Assembly: GCA_051294375.1 (NCBI GenBank)
Contig: CM119269.1
Span: 14,581,918 to 14,645,917, forward strand
Direction of reading: 5' to 3'
Length of the DNA: 64,000 nt
DNA from: Paraspadella gotoi
Taxonomy: Eukaryota; Animalia; Chaetognatha
In this document: one piece after another, positions 27,203 to 40,077 of the stretch
Position numbering within the stretch: position 1 is the first letter of the stretch
How the letters are laid out: every line of letters begins with the position of its first letter
The notes under the pieces: model-generated
Told to the model about the DNA's origin: nothing
The model's database searches: none
The model's input: only the letters and a program-made list of their open reading frames with translations
Made by a program: the position numbers and the translations under genes

Positions 27203-30200
27203 GTCCAACGAAATAGGGCGGCGGCAGATGATGATCCCCCATTTTGGTGAAAGATCCGCAAGAGTCGACAAAAGGTGGCTAATGTCGCGTTTCTCGTTCC
27301 CCATTACCCCGGTTTTCCTCCACGCAGGCAAAAAGGAGTTCAATTTCCTGCCCCTAACCTACATCTTACCTCAGGAATTAAAACAGCTCAAACGCGATTG
27401 GGATGAGGGCAAGGGTAAGATGAAGTGGATCGTCAAGCCGGTGAGTTATTGCTCCGGACCGATGGTTTTTTTTACGTTTGACTTGTCACCCCGTGGCCTT
27501 GCACGAATGTAGAACGATAACGTTTGTCCTCGCGGATCCGGCGAGAACGTTTTTAAATGATAAAAAGTTGATAATAATACCCGTGACCGTGATTCATAAT
27601 TATGACCCAAAGTCGTTCTCGGCTTCTTTTTTAATTATTTCCCCTTTTTTTCAATATCCGACTTTCCTCTTTACCTTCCACCTTTCCTTTTATTTATCCC
27701 TTTTCGCAGCCCGCTGCTGCCAGAGGCTCGGGTATCAAAGTGATTCATAAATGGTCTCAAATTCCCAAGAAAAAGTCTGTTATTGTTCAAAGGTAAGTTG
27801 CTAAGAATCCGATCGATATTTTTCTCTCTTCGTCGGTCGATGCCCGACTCCGGCCCACTCACGTTCCCGAACCACCCTCAACCCCCCCCTTTACCAACAG
27901 GTACATAGCTCGACCGTTTTTAATCAACGAGAGCAAGTTTGACATTCGCCTCTACGTCTATGTCACATCCTTCGATCCTCTTCGCGTCTACTTGTTCGAC
28001 GACGGACTCGCTCGCTTCGCTTCCGCCAAGTGAGCCCGAGTTGTTGTCGTTGTTGTTGTCTAAGTTCCGCTTAGAAGACGAGTTGGCGTTGTTGTATAGC
28101 AATACTCACCATTGAATAGTGACAAAAACTTTTTTTTTTATTTATTCATGTCGCCAGTTAATTGTAAAACATTGTTAAACATTTCTCCTCCGATCTCCAC
28201 CAGATATTCTTCGGCTGTGAAATTTCTATCCAACAAATACATCCACTTGACCAACTATTCCATCAACAAGAAGAACGTGGCCTATCGCGACAATGAGAGC
28301 GAGGATTCCTGCTCCGGCCACAAGTGGAGCCTCAAAGCCCTTTGGGGCTACATGCGTCGCCAGGGTATCGACGTGGCCCACATTTGGGAAGACATCAAAG
28401 ACGTCGTTATCAAGTCTATCATTTGGTGAGAGCCGGTCGTTGACCTTGGAGTAAGGGGAGGGTCATTCGTCTCAGTATTTTGAGTTCATCAAAACGTTTA
28501 TTTTCCCAGTGTCGGCTGCGATCATGTGTTGTGAGTATTTTCTCTTTTTTTTCTAGTTCATTGAGTTTATCGCTCAGTTATTTTTCTTATTTCTTATTCG
28601 CTTGTCTGATTGACCGAAAAGAAAGACGTGACGAATGATAAATAGGAATAAGATAAAGAGGGAGGATTTTTGTTTATAAAAAAGAAGTTTTCTATATCGA
28701 TCGGTCGTTATTGTTTACCCCGCTGGTTTTGTTTTCTTCCTCCCCTTCTTCCGACTCTCTCTGTCTCTCACCCACCCTCTCCTTCCTCCACTTCCTCCGC
28801 CAGCTGCGAAGCAAACATAAACAGTTTGATCAAAGCCAACGTCAAACGCCGCTTCTGTTGCCACGAACTCTTCGGCTTCGACATTTTGCTGGACGAAAAG
28901 CTCAAAGGTAAGAACCAGCGGAACGAGCTAGTCCCATTGACTGATGGGTTAAGTTGATTAACAGGTTAACTGGTTTCAAACCAAAAAAAAAGGAAAGAAA
29001 GGCCAGTGTGCGAGGTTATCTAATCCTTACGGCTCCTCCCCTCGATCCATAATTGATCGTCTTTGGACTATGAATGGCGGGAAAGATGATGTAAAAAAAA
29101 GAAAGAAAAGCCCAGCTCCTTTCAAGAATGGATTTATGCGGAGAAAAAAGGAAAGGAAAACCAGGAAGGCCGCGGGGCTTCGGAGGTCGGAATGAAGCCG
29201 TAACGATTTAAAAACTCTGGGAGGAACGAGGAGGAAAGAGACACGAAACTCGGCCGTAATCGTGCCGAGTGTGGAAAGTCCGCGGACTTTGGGGGGAGAG
29301 GGTTGTGGAGGTGAGGAGAGGGGGGGGGGGAAATGGGTTTGACGAAAAAAAAATCTGGTTTTCGTGTTACTGCGGAGATTTTCTTTTCTTCTTTTTTTTT
29401 TCCTTTTTTTCCCCGATAAGAAAACCGGCGAGGTTTCTCCTTTTTGACTTTTAACCGTTTTTAAGAACTGGCGTTGCGTAATGGCCCCGGTTTCCACGAT
29501 ATCCGCCCTCGTATTCTCCCCGTTGGTTCCGAGAAAACCCGTCCTTCCTCCCCCTCCTCTCTCTATTTCCCATTGGCTTTTCCTAAAAAAAAATGATATT
29601 TTCCATTCACTCCCAATACTTTTCCTATATTGGGTTCAACAAGAAAACAAGAAACGGCTGCAAAAACAGGCTCTTTTTCCATTTGGTTAACCTCAATTTT
29701 TTGAATGAGCTAAGTAGAGCTGAGACATTTAAGTTTCATATTACCCGAACGTAGCGGAAATGCCCCTGCAGACGTTTGGTCTTTGTGGGTTTTTTTTTTA
29801 CCCCCACGATATCTCTCCTTCGACCTTCGTTGGCTCGTGAAGACGATTGACGACATTTCGACGCTTGAGGCGTCAATAATTTCAGTTCGTTTTACCCCGG
29901 CTTAACGAGTGTCAGAGAGAGCGTAGAGAGAGAAGAGCCCGCGTCTGAATTAACCTTTCTTTTTTTTTTGACTCGCACTTTGAATCGGTGCGTCCCTTCA
30001 AGAGGCTTTTTGTTCATTGGATCCACGAGTTGATCAGCTGCTCGTCACCGCATCGTACGGAATTACTGTTCCCGTTTACGCAGATCTTTAAGCTCGAATC
30101 GCCTTTGCGCACCTTTCGACTCTCATTTGAATTGACAATGACGTATCGCGGTTTCTCCCACTCTCTTTCTCGCGGTCTCCTCCCACGTCCTTTGGCAATC

Positions 30201-31326
30201 TCCCACTCACTCAATCTCTCTTTTTCTCGCCTTCCCGTCCAACGGGGAAGAGCACATGATTTGCGCGGCCTTGAATAATTTTCATCTCCTCCACGTAGAG
30301 AGGGTTTTAACGAGTTTCTTATAAGTTTTTTTGGGAGTTACTCACTCCTAACCTAACGTTTTTAATATTTGCCTAAAAACTTTAAAAAAGTACTTATTTT
30401 ATGCAGATTATGATAATCCAGACGAAAATCATTTTTTCCGTCTCTCATGGCTCTTGCCCAGCCCTCTTTCTTTTAATATTTGCTCCAGGTCTCATATTTC
30501 ATTTTTTTATGAGTAAGAATTCGAAAGTGAAGTCGACTTCAGTATACTAGACAAGGGAAAGTTCTACTGAGTGATAGAATGTTTTTTTGTGCTATTTTTC
30601 ATTTTAGGTGTAATTAAGCCAATCTATTATTATAGCAAACCACGGCTCTTAAACTTTAAAATTTGGTTTTAGTTTGGCTGCTGGAAGTCAACATTTCGCC
30701 TTCGTTACATTCCTCTTCCGGCCTCGACGTCGGGGTCAAAGGTCAGCTGGTCAAAGACGTCCTCAATATGGCGGGATTCGCCATCCCCGACAAGAACGAC
30801 GTCGCCTCTGGCTCCACCTCAAGGTTTGAACGCTGCGGAATCTATCGAATTTAATTTGCTTTAACTGATAAAATAGGTTATATCGAATAATCTTAATTTA
30901 AAAAAAAACTTTTGTATTGCACTTAGCCTAATGATTAGCTCTAACTTTTCCTCGGTGCTAAAAGTAGTAATACGATACGTTTGTATCTATTAGAAAAGTT
31001 CGCAAGTTTAACGTGCCGGAACAAACGCGGTACGTCTCTCAAAATCGTAACAGAAATTAATCGACTAATGTTCTGGTCGTCTTTCTTTCCCTTTTCGTTC
31101 TTTTTTTGACGCTTTCGTTTAAAACCTTCGCTCGTCCGCGCGCGGCGCCTTCCGCGTCTCTCAATCCCCCCACCTTTTTTTCTCCCACGGCGTCGACGAC
31201 ACGTTCGTTTCGCGATTCGCCTCGCATTCGTTCTCACCGCGTCACTCACTTTCGCACCCTCGCGGAAAAATTAACTCTAAACCAAACCAATCACTCTCTC
31301 ACTGAAACTCCATTTTTCTCCTTCAC

Positions 31327-31384
<58 letters not shown>

Positions 31385-34300
31385 CACACTCACAAAATTC
31401 TCAGATGCTTTAACTCTAGCCATTGTCTTTTGTCTTGCTTGGGCCGAACTCGTCGTTCGCTCTCTTCTTCGTTGGACGGCGTCGACAGTGGCGCTGCTTT
31501 CCCGCAAAATCTAATCATGGACAAAAGGCTCCAGCCCACCACCCTGTCGCCCGACGAAAAGGCCAAGCACGCCTTCTACACGCAGCTCAGGAATCAACAC
31601 GAGGTGCGTTGAGGCGTGCGACGGATAAAATAGAGAGGAAAATACAGTAGAGAGATTTGTGAAGAAAGAAGCAAGGGTATTCACACTAAAGAATTAGTTT
31701 TGCTTGAGCGGCACTTAGCTCCTTATGGTGACTTATGCAATCTTGTCCTATGTGCAGTGTTGAATGAGAGCAATGCTCGTCTCTGGCTCTATTCAATAGT
31801 CTTATCCATCTATTCAGTACATTCAGTATTCATATAAGTAAAATCGTTACAACTTTATTAAAACAATCGACAAACGTTCCATCCCCGTCTAACCCCCCCC
31901 GTCCAGTCCGTTCGGAGCTCGATCCTCGAAACTCTCACCCCCGACGACTTACGGGTTCTTGTGGAGATGGAGGACGAGCACCACCGCCGCGGAAACTTCC
32001 GCCGCCTCCTCCCCCTTCCCGGCACAAACGGTCGTGGAGGCGACAAGTACCTCAAGTACGAAATGAAATACATATTACTTGGAAAAGGGGGGAAAGTCAT
32101 GAAGAGTCTTGATCGGTCAATCTTGGCGCTGAAGGCGTGAGTTAACCTTATTAAAATAAGTATGAAAAAGCTAGAAGCTTAGTTTTTTTTAAAGAAACCC
32201 GAAGATTAAAGAAAAAAGTATGAAACAGTAAATGTATCTAGCAGGTTAAAAATGAGCATGAGTGTTTTATGAGCTATGTTTCGTTGTTGTTAAAAAAAAT
32301 GTTTCGGGGGGAAAAGAGCTGACTTCTGCTGAAGGATGACGAAGGATAGAGAAGAAAATATTATAAATATACAATTGACATGATTAAACATTTTTTTCTT
32401 TTTTCAGATTTATGGAAAAATCTCGGTATTACAACATATTGTGCCACGAATGGACAACAAAATATCACAAAACGCATTCAAAAGGTGAGTGGCGCTAATT
32501 AAAGTCAAATTTTATTTGTTGAGAGGAAACCCTTTAAAACAAACCTAACATTACGACTTTGTCGTGATTTACAAGTAAATCAAATTAAGTTATTATAATT
32601 TAATTAAAAAGACAAAGTACATAATTATTAACGCCACGTTTCTTTTCCCGTACTGTTGATTTTCCATAATCATTCCCGAAATCAACTATACATTTGCACT
32701 ACGCATCTTGTGCCCGACTCCTTCGATTTCGAAACTCTCACCAAACATCTTCAGCTGGTTTGGTGGGCGTGGCTAAGCAACAAGAAAAGACATTAATTGC
32801 TGAATTCGTGAAACAGAGACAAAACTACGCACGAGCCTTCCTTCGTCCCGTTCCCTGTCCGGCACCAGCGAAAAGCAAAAGAGGGCGCCAGGGAAATTCG
32901 TTCTTTCCTTGTTTTTCCAAGACAACGACTCGCAATACTTGTATCGATTTTTCTTTATAAATCCAATTGTGATTCCCGCTAAATTAACCTCGGTCACAGA
33001 TTCATAATATCTTTTGAGGTTTAGGCGGTTGGGGGTGAACTTAATAGAGTTTCATTAAAATTTTATTAAAATCGTAAATTTTTTCGAATTTTCCTGGCGC
33101 CGCTCCAGATCGATAGTTTCCGTCTCCAATATCGTATGTGTGTTTTTCTGGAAAAAGGACCGCCCCAAGATGGCAGCCTAAGACCGACGCCGACGACGCT
33201 TCCGGAAATTCGCAGATCCCCCGACAAAAGTTTCGAACGAAGAAGTAAAATGGTCAAAATGGTCAGTCCGCTGTAAATTTCAGTCCATGATTGTCGCGTC
33301 GCGAAAAAGGCCTTTTTGAGATTCTCCACCTTTCTCACGTTCTCCGCTTTGTTTCATTCCTATTATCTTAAAATGTACCCAAATTGACAAAACATCAGCA
33401 CCGTTTCCTATCATCTCTATTTTTTTTTTTTTTTTCTAATTCTTGTCCCAATGTCATTTCGAAATCAAGTCTGAGATGGAAGATCCCGCGAATGAAGTGG
33501 AGGCGAAAAGGGCTAAAGTAGATCCTTCGGAAAATGAAGAGGAGGTGATGGGCGAGTTCGACGTCGCCGCAGAAACTGAACCCGTCGTTGATTATCGTCA
33601 TGAAAAGATCAACCTAGGTGACGGACAAGCCTGATTCATTCTACGCAATATTAAAAGGGTGGAGGTCGGATGAAATGCTTCACCTTTTCATTCTAATAAA
33701 AGAATGAACCATCTTTTCTGCTTTTGCTGTTGTTGTTGTTGTTGTTGTTTTTAGATAATAAGTCGGACATTAGCTTTAGTCCAACCTGAAACGAACCCCC
33801 TTAGCAATATGTATTCATACAAAAATTAGAGAACTAATATGCTTTGTAGAAGTGATTGATCCCACGGATTGGGACGAAAACAACCGGCGATTTAGCGGCA
33901 AAATCAGAAGAGGCGCTTTTAAATTATTTAATTGCAGATTAAATTTTAATTCTTAATGCCTTTTACCCTCCCAATTGATCACAGGCATCGCGCTATTGCA
34001 AAACTTTTGCCAGAAAGGAATTCACCTGCAGAACCCGGCTGAGGATCAAGATCACCTTTGGTTGCCGACCTTCGCCGGGTTCTCGGCCGAGGCCACACCC
34101 ACTAGCCACAGCAACGGAGTCGTCACCTCGCCCGCCAAGGAGAGATCCAAAACTGGGTGATCATTTTAATTAAATTCGCGGTCTTTCGGTTATTTTCTTT
34201 CGCATTTCTAAGAAAAATATTGTCAAATTGGTCATTTCGGTCTCCGGTGCCCTTTTTTTTAGTGATTTTTCTCTGACCCTTTCAGTTTCACCGCGGCATC

Positions 34301-34670
34301 ACTTCCAAAGCTTCTCTCTAGTTGCCATCGCGGAACGGCCAGTTCCGATTCTTCCTCTTCTCCTTCTTCCTTCTCCAACGTCTCCACCGCCTCCTCGGCC
34401 TCCACGCCCTCTCGCGATTCTGTCGCGCCTCTGCCTCCGCACGCGCCGACGGCGTTCGCTTCGGCGTCGTCGGGCGCCACTGCCGACGCGCCTCGTCGTT
34501 CGCGCCGCGACGCCTCCTTCGACGGCGCAGCAGAACGCTGCCGCAGCGTCTCGCCGCCTCCACCGCCGGTTCACCAGAGTTGCCACGCCTCCGCCGCCAT
34601 CGACGTCTCCGACGATGGTCGCCTCACTGCCGTCGCGGCTCATCCCGCTAACGCGCCCGTCTGCTCCTGA
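8414..34670 (+). CDS. TTLL4: Tubulin polyglutamylase TTLL4-like, 5' part outside window; 13 exons: 8414-8490, 9287-9368, 27328-27440, 27710-27792, 27901-28029, 28204-28425, 28804-28907, 30673-30823, 31405(or 31420/31489)-31603, 31907-32055, 32408-32484, 33985-34156, 34286-34670
   Basis: Spliced translation gives [15 protein letters not shown]|[19 protein letters not shown]..|[22 protein letters not shown]|[17 protein letters not shown]..|[78 protein letters not shown]|[31 protein letters not shown], which follows the TTLL4 TTL domain and C-terminal motifs as I recall them. All junctions are GT-AG and phase-consistent. The last low-complexity exon (stop TGA 34668-34670) is less certain. Confidence 0.93.
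11565..11778 (-). mobile_element. Solo LTR of the same tRNA-containing TRIM family (diverged variant)
   Basis: Same termini (+ strand TGAAGAGAC...GTCCACCATA), colinear with LTRs at 21788/22203, about 20 bp shorter; TSD ATAG at 11561-11564 and 11779-11782. Confidence 0.92.
17035..19490 (-). CDS. Putative antisense nested gene in the TTLL4 giant intron, unknown low-complexity protein; exons (minus) 19490-19355, 19238-18797, 18552-18149, 17781-17234, 17078-17035; 5' exons unresolved
   Basis: Five segments with AG acceptors, mostly after pyrimidine-rich tracts, join in matching phases (2,0,2,1) into a stop-free 1574-nt frame ending [14 protein letters not shown]. One donor is GC (CAG|GCAAGT at 18797/18796). 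No recognisable domain. Confidence 0.55.
21788..22436 (-). mobile_element. Complete 649-bp TRIM (non-autonomous LTR retrotransposon) with tRNA-like cassette in each LTR
   Basis: Direct repeats 21788-22021 and 22203-22436 (234 bp each, about 10 substitutions). TSD GTTG at 21784-21787 and 22437-22440. On minus strand LTR = TATGG...CTTCA, PBS TGGTGAGCCCGA (22201-22190) 1 nt after the 5' LTR, PPT GGGAGGGGGGGA just before the 3' LTR. The 181-bp internal region has no recognisable retroelement coding sequence. Confidence 0.93.
21916..21988 (-). pseudogene. tRNA-Gly(CCC)-like sequence embedded in TRIM LTR (also in the other two LTR copies)
   Basis: GCGGCCA..TGGCCGC 7-bp acceptor stem, A-box-like TTGGTGCCGGAGG, anticodon loop CT-CCC-AA, B-box-like GGTTCTAGCCC. 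D arm and anticodon stem are imperfect, so probably not a decoding tRNA. Confidence 0.7.
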
Positions 34671-37600
34671 CGACAGATTTCGACCGCTTGGCGTCGAACT
34701 GGCGGCCTCTTTGAGGAATTACCGTCTCCATTCTTTTTACTTAATCTACATCTGTCCTCCTTTCGTGCAACTTATCATAGCCACTGTATCTTCGCCGATC
34801 GCACAATATCTACTACTACTTCGTTTCCCTGCCACAGTCAAATTATAACTGGTAAATTTTTTTTTCTTTTAACAACCGGGACCCTTAATTTCAGAATTGA
34901 AGTAGGATATGATGCAATTAGCTAATTACTTAATAGAAGCATTAAATTTAAATCGATTTTTTTTTCTTTATCAGATTAATTTTTAGGCAACCTAGTATAC
35001 GCGGTAATGATAAGTAATAGGATAATTTTTATCACTTAACCCTTGTGACATGGCCTCTGTTTCCTTTTTTCAGCCCTATTTAAGGCTCCGTTTTCAATTG
35101 AATCTCCTTTTCCTCTTCCGCCGATTCTTTCGTCCTGTCTCCTTTATCGTCATCCTCCCCCACGCCCGCCCACGTACTCATGTCCTGCGCCTCCTCTCGC
35201 TTTCAAAACCCCCACGGCGACGACGACGAAAAGCTCCCCCAGAGCTCGCGGCGAAACTAGCTCCTCTTCTCTCTCGCGCGACGGCACGCTCCATGAAATG
35301 GCGCCTCTCAGCGACTTCGACCTACGTTCGACGCCGAACTACCGAGCGGCGCGTTTCTGGTTTCGATCGGCTTAGAGATCGCTCATTGTCGCCAGATGTC
35401 GCGCCGCTGTCGGCCTTGGCGCCCTTTCATGGGAGCGGTGGCCGCGGATGTTTTTCTCGCAGTTGTATTGACAAAATGCGAAGTAGTCGGTTTTGGACGT
35501 CCGTCTTTAGCGAAGCTCTACTGTATAAACTATTATAACCAGGATAAGGAGAGATTAAAAAAAGCCTCGTATCTTTCGTTTTGCTTAGTGAAAACTACCT
35601 CATCTAAAGAAGGAAAATAAATATATTGGTGAAATCGTATTTAGAAAATGACGCTCACGATCGTCACGCGAGGCGTCTTGATAAAGATCACCTCCGGGCC
35701 TGAAGGGGAATCGACGGCCGATAGTCTAGTCGTCCCAACCCTCTCACTTCGCTAAGGCTTATTCTTACACTCGACGACGTGCCGCTCTTCACGGCCGACT
35801 TCCACTGCCGCTTATCCTTCTCTCTCCCGCTCGCCGCTTCCTTCCCCCCCTTCGGCCTTGGACGTAGTACTTCTGTCGATTCCCCTTCAACCCTTTGCGG
35901 TGATTTTTTCTCAATCGATCCTATTTTGGGGGGGTGGCGGTAAGGGGCTTTAGACTCTAAAAATTCTCAAATTTAAAGGATCTCTGGCCGCAGGTTCGCG
36001 TGCCGATCGTGAACTTACTTTCGTGAACCGTACCGTCCCCGCCCACGAGAGGGCAAAGGCGCTTAAATCGGACGCCCGACGATTTAAAATCAGAGTTTAA
36101 ACAAGTTCTAATAATCGCCTTTTTCTAGCCAATTCTCCTTGGATACTTCTCTTTCCTTATTAACCCTTCTAGTCAGTCTTCATGTTGTAAACATATATAT
36201 GTTTTAGTTACTTTTTTCGGGACCATCTCCTTCTTTTGTGGGAGAGATGTTGGAGCCACTTTTACGTCAATGGGGGACTACAAAGCCACCCGCTTTCACC
36301 TGTCCCTACCTCCTCTCTACCTGTGATTGAAGCGTTTTGAATCGAAATAAGCGGATCTTTATTCTCGGGAGTTTGAGACCGAAATGAGTTTGTAGTTGTA
36401 TTCCCTTTATTTTTATAAACCCGCGTCCGACATTGGTTCTAATTGTAATATTTATCCTTAGAGAAAAACTGGTTTTGGTGCTGAATGCGATGATTATCGT
36501 AGATAGCTTTGTGTGGTCTATTGAATTAGTTCTGTTAATGCCTCTGCTAAAACAGCGTTAGTGTTATGCGATAATGACTAGACTGCAGCGAGAAATTGTG
36601 TCTTAAAAAATTTGAACTTGACATAGTTAAATTAGTTTTGATAAATTCTGTTTCGCACACATAATTGCTCCCTGTATTCGATATAATGTCGCCTTTACAC
36701 CATCGCTTAAAATCAGAGTAAAAATTATTTAACTTCTGTGTCGTCGCAGCGATTCTTGCGGACGGAATTCTGTGACAGACCAAATCTCATTTAAACTGTG
36801 ATTAATATTTTTTTCGTAGTTGTTATATTTTCCCCGCATAAACAAAGCTCATTATAATTTTTTTTAGGGGCATCCACAAATAACGTATCACTTAGTATAT
36901 TTTGATATTATTAGTTATTGATTAAACATAAATTTAAAATTCAGTGTTTCTGACTCGCCCAAAGCTTTAACTTACCTGTGGAATACCAAAATTCATATTT
37001 ATTATTGAAAGCTAAGCATGATTTACTAAAATTGTTTATTTAATTCGAGTTTATATTATTAAAATGGACGATTAGACAATGGACATAATATTGACATTGT
37101 AGATTTTAAAATAAAATATCAATTGAGAAGCACCGAGTAGTTCAAAATAAGCGTTTAATTTTTAACTATTAACACAACTAAATATAGAAACATGCCTTCA
37201 TATGAAAAACACTTCTTTTTCTATATTCCTATTTTAAAAACTAAATTCTTCATTGACATCACCATACCCTATACAAAATATTATCTTCTGCGCCGTTACC
37301 CCTTTATAATATATTTAATATAATTTCTTGCCTCACCCTGCGATGCATCTTCATATTTCCAAACAGGTTATTAGTATCATGAAAAACGTATTACGTGTCA
37401 CAATAACTCGTTTATATCAACTACAGTAGCTGTCTTGTCATTGTGCTATTTTATTGAAATATCGTGCACCACGACATCCGGTCTCTGACATCACTTGTTG
37501 CTGATAGAAGAATAAACCGTAGAAATCCATACAAGTTTTTTTCCCTTCACTTCAGATACATTCGCCTTTTCCAACTTATTTGGATTAAAAAGTAAATACC

Positions 37601-39239
37601 TTTATCGCATTTATTTCTAAATCAACTGGAATATTTTGAAAATTTTTTTAAAGCGTGAATTTGTCTGATATGTCGCTTATCATGAAAAAAGAGTTAGTCT
37701 CACTAGAAGTTTTCAAATATTTAATTATAATTAACTAGCTATTCAGAATTCGTAATCACGTTGTCTGTACTTTGAAAGAGTAGTGATATATAAATTTAGT
37801 TTCACGAACTAGGCTAGATAATCCGAAGGGGTATAACTCAATATTATATGAATTCGTCGTTCAATTTATGTATTTGCTGCCTCTTGTTTTTGTGGGGGTA
37901 GAGGTTTGTTTTCTAAAACAAACCTAAAGGAAAGTTAGAAAAGAATTTCCAAATCCCAACGAAATACAACCATTAATATTGGATATTAAATATTCTGTTT
38001 CACTTTAAATTTGAACTAAGAATTATTATATATTTACATAAATAATGGGATAGTAACAGGTGTCTTTAAAAAACGCTACGTTTCCACTACTTAGTACATA
38101 GTGTATAAATTGTATATCATGTGTTACTTATGGGCTGTTGATAGTGTTAATAGTGTTATTGATCTGAAGACGATGAATGCCAACTAAGAATGTGAAGACG
38201 AAATTTGATCTGATTTGATTTGATCTAGTACATTTACCTATTAAGACGGGAGGAGGTCATCCTTTACGACCCACTTTCGAGTTCTTATTTTTCGAGGCAA
38301 GGACATTGTCTTGACAAGATTTCCGCGGCCAGGAAACCGAGGCGACGTATGAGGGCGAGACAAGGTCACCTCGATCAAATCATCTCGGCAAGCCTGGGTA
38401 GTGGGTATTCTCCCCGTTAATTGTCTGAACCCTTTTCTATCCATCGATACGCCAGGCGATGACATATGGAGCGATACGTTATTAAAATTTGAGTTTCTCA
38501 CTCGATCTTCTAATATTTGGATTTAAATCTTATGGAGGTTAAGGTCATTTACCGGAAACCTTGAAATTATCGGCACCCTCTTCCATTCCTCGTTGTCATT
38601 TTATTTTACGCTAGCAAGGACAAGGGAGCGTGGTCGGTTTTATCGTCGTCGTCGTCTTCTTGATCGTCGTCCTCCTTGCTTTGGTCGCCGTGGTCGTCGC
38701 TTCCCTTGCGTTCCTCATGCGCTCGGCTTTGCATCAGATAATAGAACTATGGTTTGGATTTCTCCTCTTGTCAAATACGACGACTCAAAAATTCAAACTT
38801 TCCCTCTTTAAAACCCTTTGATGGAATGGGTGGTTGGGGGCGGGTTTTTACTCCCGATTCATTTCGTCTTTCATTTCTTTTAATTTTGCCTCTATTGCAG
38901 CGCTGTGTTTATTTCCCCTTTCTCATATGAAAAAAACAACATGAAGGATCAACGTGGAAACAACATGCCTGCTGGGTTTTTTTCACGTTGATCTAGGGAT
39001 CTGACACAGCGAGAGGACTTAATTGAATTACCGCCAGTTAATTTCACTCTTTCGTTCTGCATACCGTCTAAATTCGTAACCTAAAGCGATCTACATTATT
39101 TCAAATTTGATTTTCAGCCAAATTAATAAAAAAAACATACTCCCCCGCAAGGGTACTCCATCGACAGAAATTAATCGCCAATGAGAAGAAACAGAATGTG
39201 ACGTCTCCGAATCTCCACGGGCAATGCCTCCCCGCTCGA

Positions 39240-39357
39240 TGGTACATGTTCACTCGCGCCCGTTGACTACGTGTCGCCTCCCCCCCCTTCGCCAGCTCGC
39301 GAACCAAGTGGCAACTGATTCAGTCGCCCGATCTCTCCTTCCCACCAACCAGTGAGT
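39240..39357 (+). promoter_or_regulatory. Candidate promoter / non-coding first exon of the NCKX gene
   Basis: CpG-rich patch with Inr-like TCAGT followed by a strong donor GTGAGT at 39352; the first coding exon has an AG acceptor at 44445 upstream of the ATG. Confidence 0.35.
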
Positions 39358-39859
39358 ACATTTCTATTAATTTTTAGTCGTTTTAGTGATTTTTTGACAA
39401 AAATTGTATCAACTGATCGTATTAGTAGTATAGTATCAGAAGAGAATTTAAGTTTTTACAACCAATATATATGTCAGTTTTTTCTATTTATTATTATTAT
39501 TAATATTAATTAAGTTTTTAGTTGTCCTGTTCATTCAGTCATTGTATGATCAGTTTGAGCACTACTTCACTTCATATTTTTTTTGGCATTACTATCTAGT
39601 AAAAAAGTATATCACATTTTTAGTAGACGATATCTACTTGAAAACTTGTTTGATTTTTTTCGCAGGACAAATCGTTTAGAAGTTACAGGCAAAAAAAGAT
39701 CGCTACTTTAAATGACAAATGGCGAAAAAATCATATTTAGTTTTTTACCATTTTTGGTATTTATTTGGTTTTATTTTGAATAGAGATTTTTTTTTTTATT
39801 TGGCAATGCTTAAGGCATTGCACCTATTTTTGGTTAAAAAAGTACCATTATAATTTTCA

Positions 39860-40021
39860 GAAAAGAGGGAAAGACGCGTAACATCAGTATCAAGCCTGAA
39901 AAGAATTGTGTTAAAGGTGTGGAAAAACATTTCACCGTCATACCTCAATTCGCTGTTCGAGAGCATGCCCAGACGAATGCAGGCAGTTGTCGATGCCGAG
40001 GGAGGGCATACCAAATATTGA
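39860..40021 (+). mobile_element. Tc1/mariner transposase C-terminal remnant
   Basis: Translates SVSSLKRIVLKVWKNISPSYLNSLFESMPRRMQAVVDAEGGHTKY*, the typical Tc1-family C-terminus; the upstream catalytic domain is absent. Confidence 0.85.
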
Positions 40022-40077
40022 GAATATTTTACCCATTTTCTATTGAATAAATTAACTTTTCAACACTTATGTGATAT

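Noticed and set aside
36867-36891. Harbinger-like MITE end GGGGCATCCACAAATAACGT
   Set aside because: No partner inverted repeat found.
38241-38735. Small minus-strand gene (acidic MQSRAHEE.. or MEEGADNFK.. joined to 38241-38509)
   Set aside because: Needs a 43-bp intron, shorter than any other here, and has no recognisable homology.
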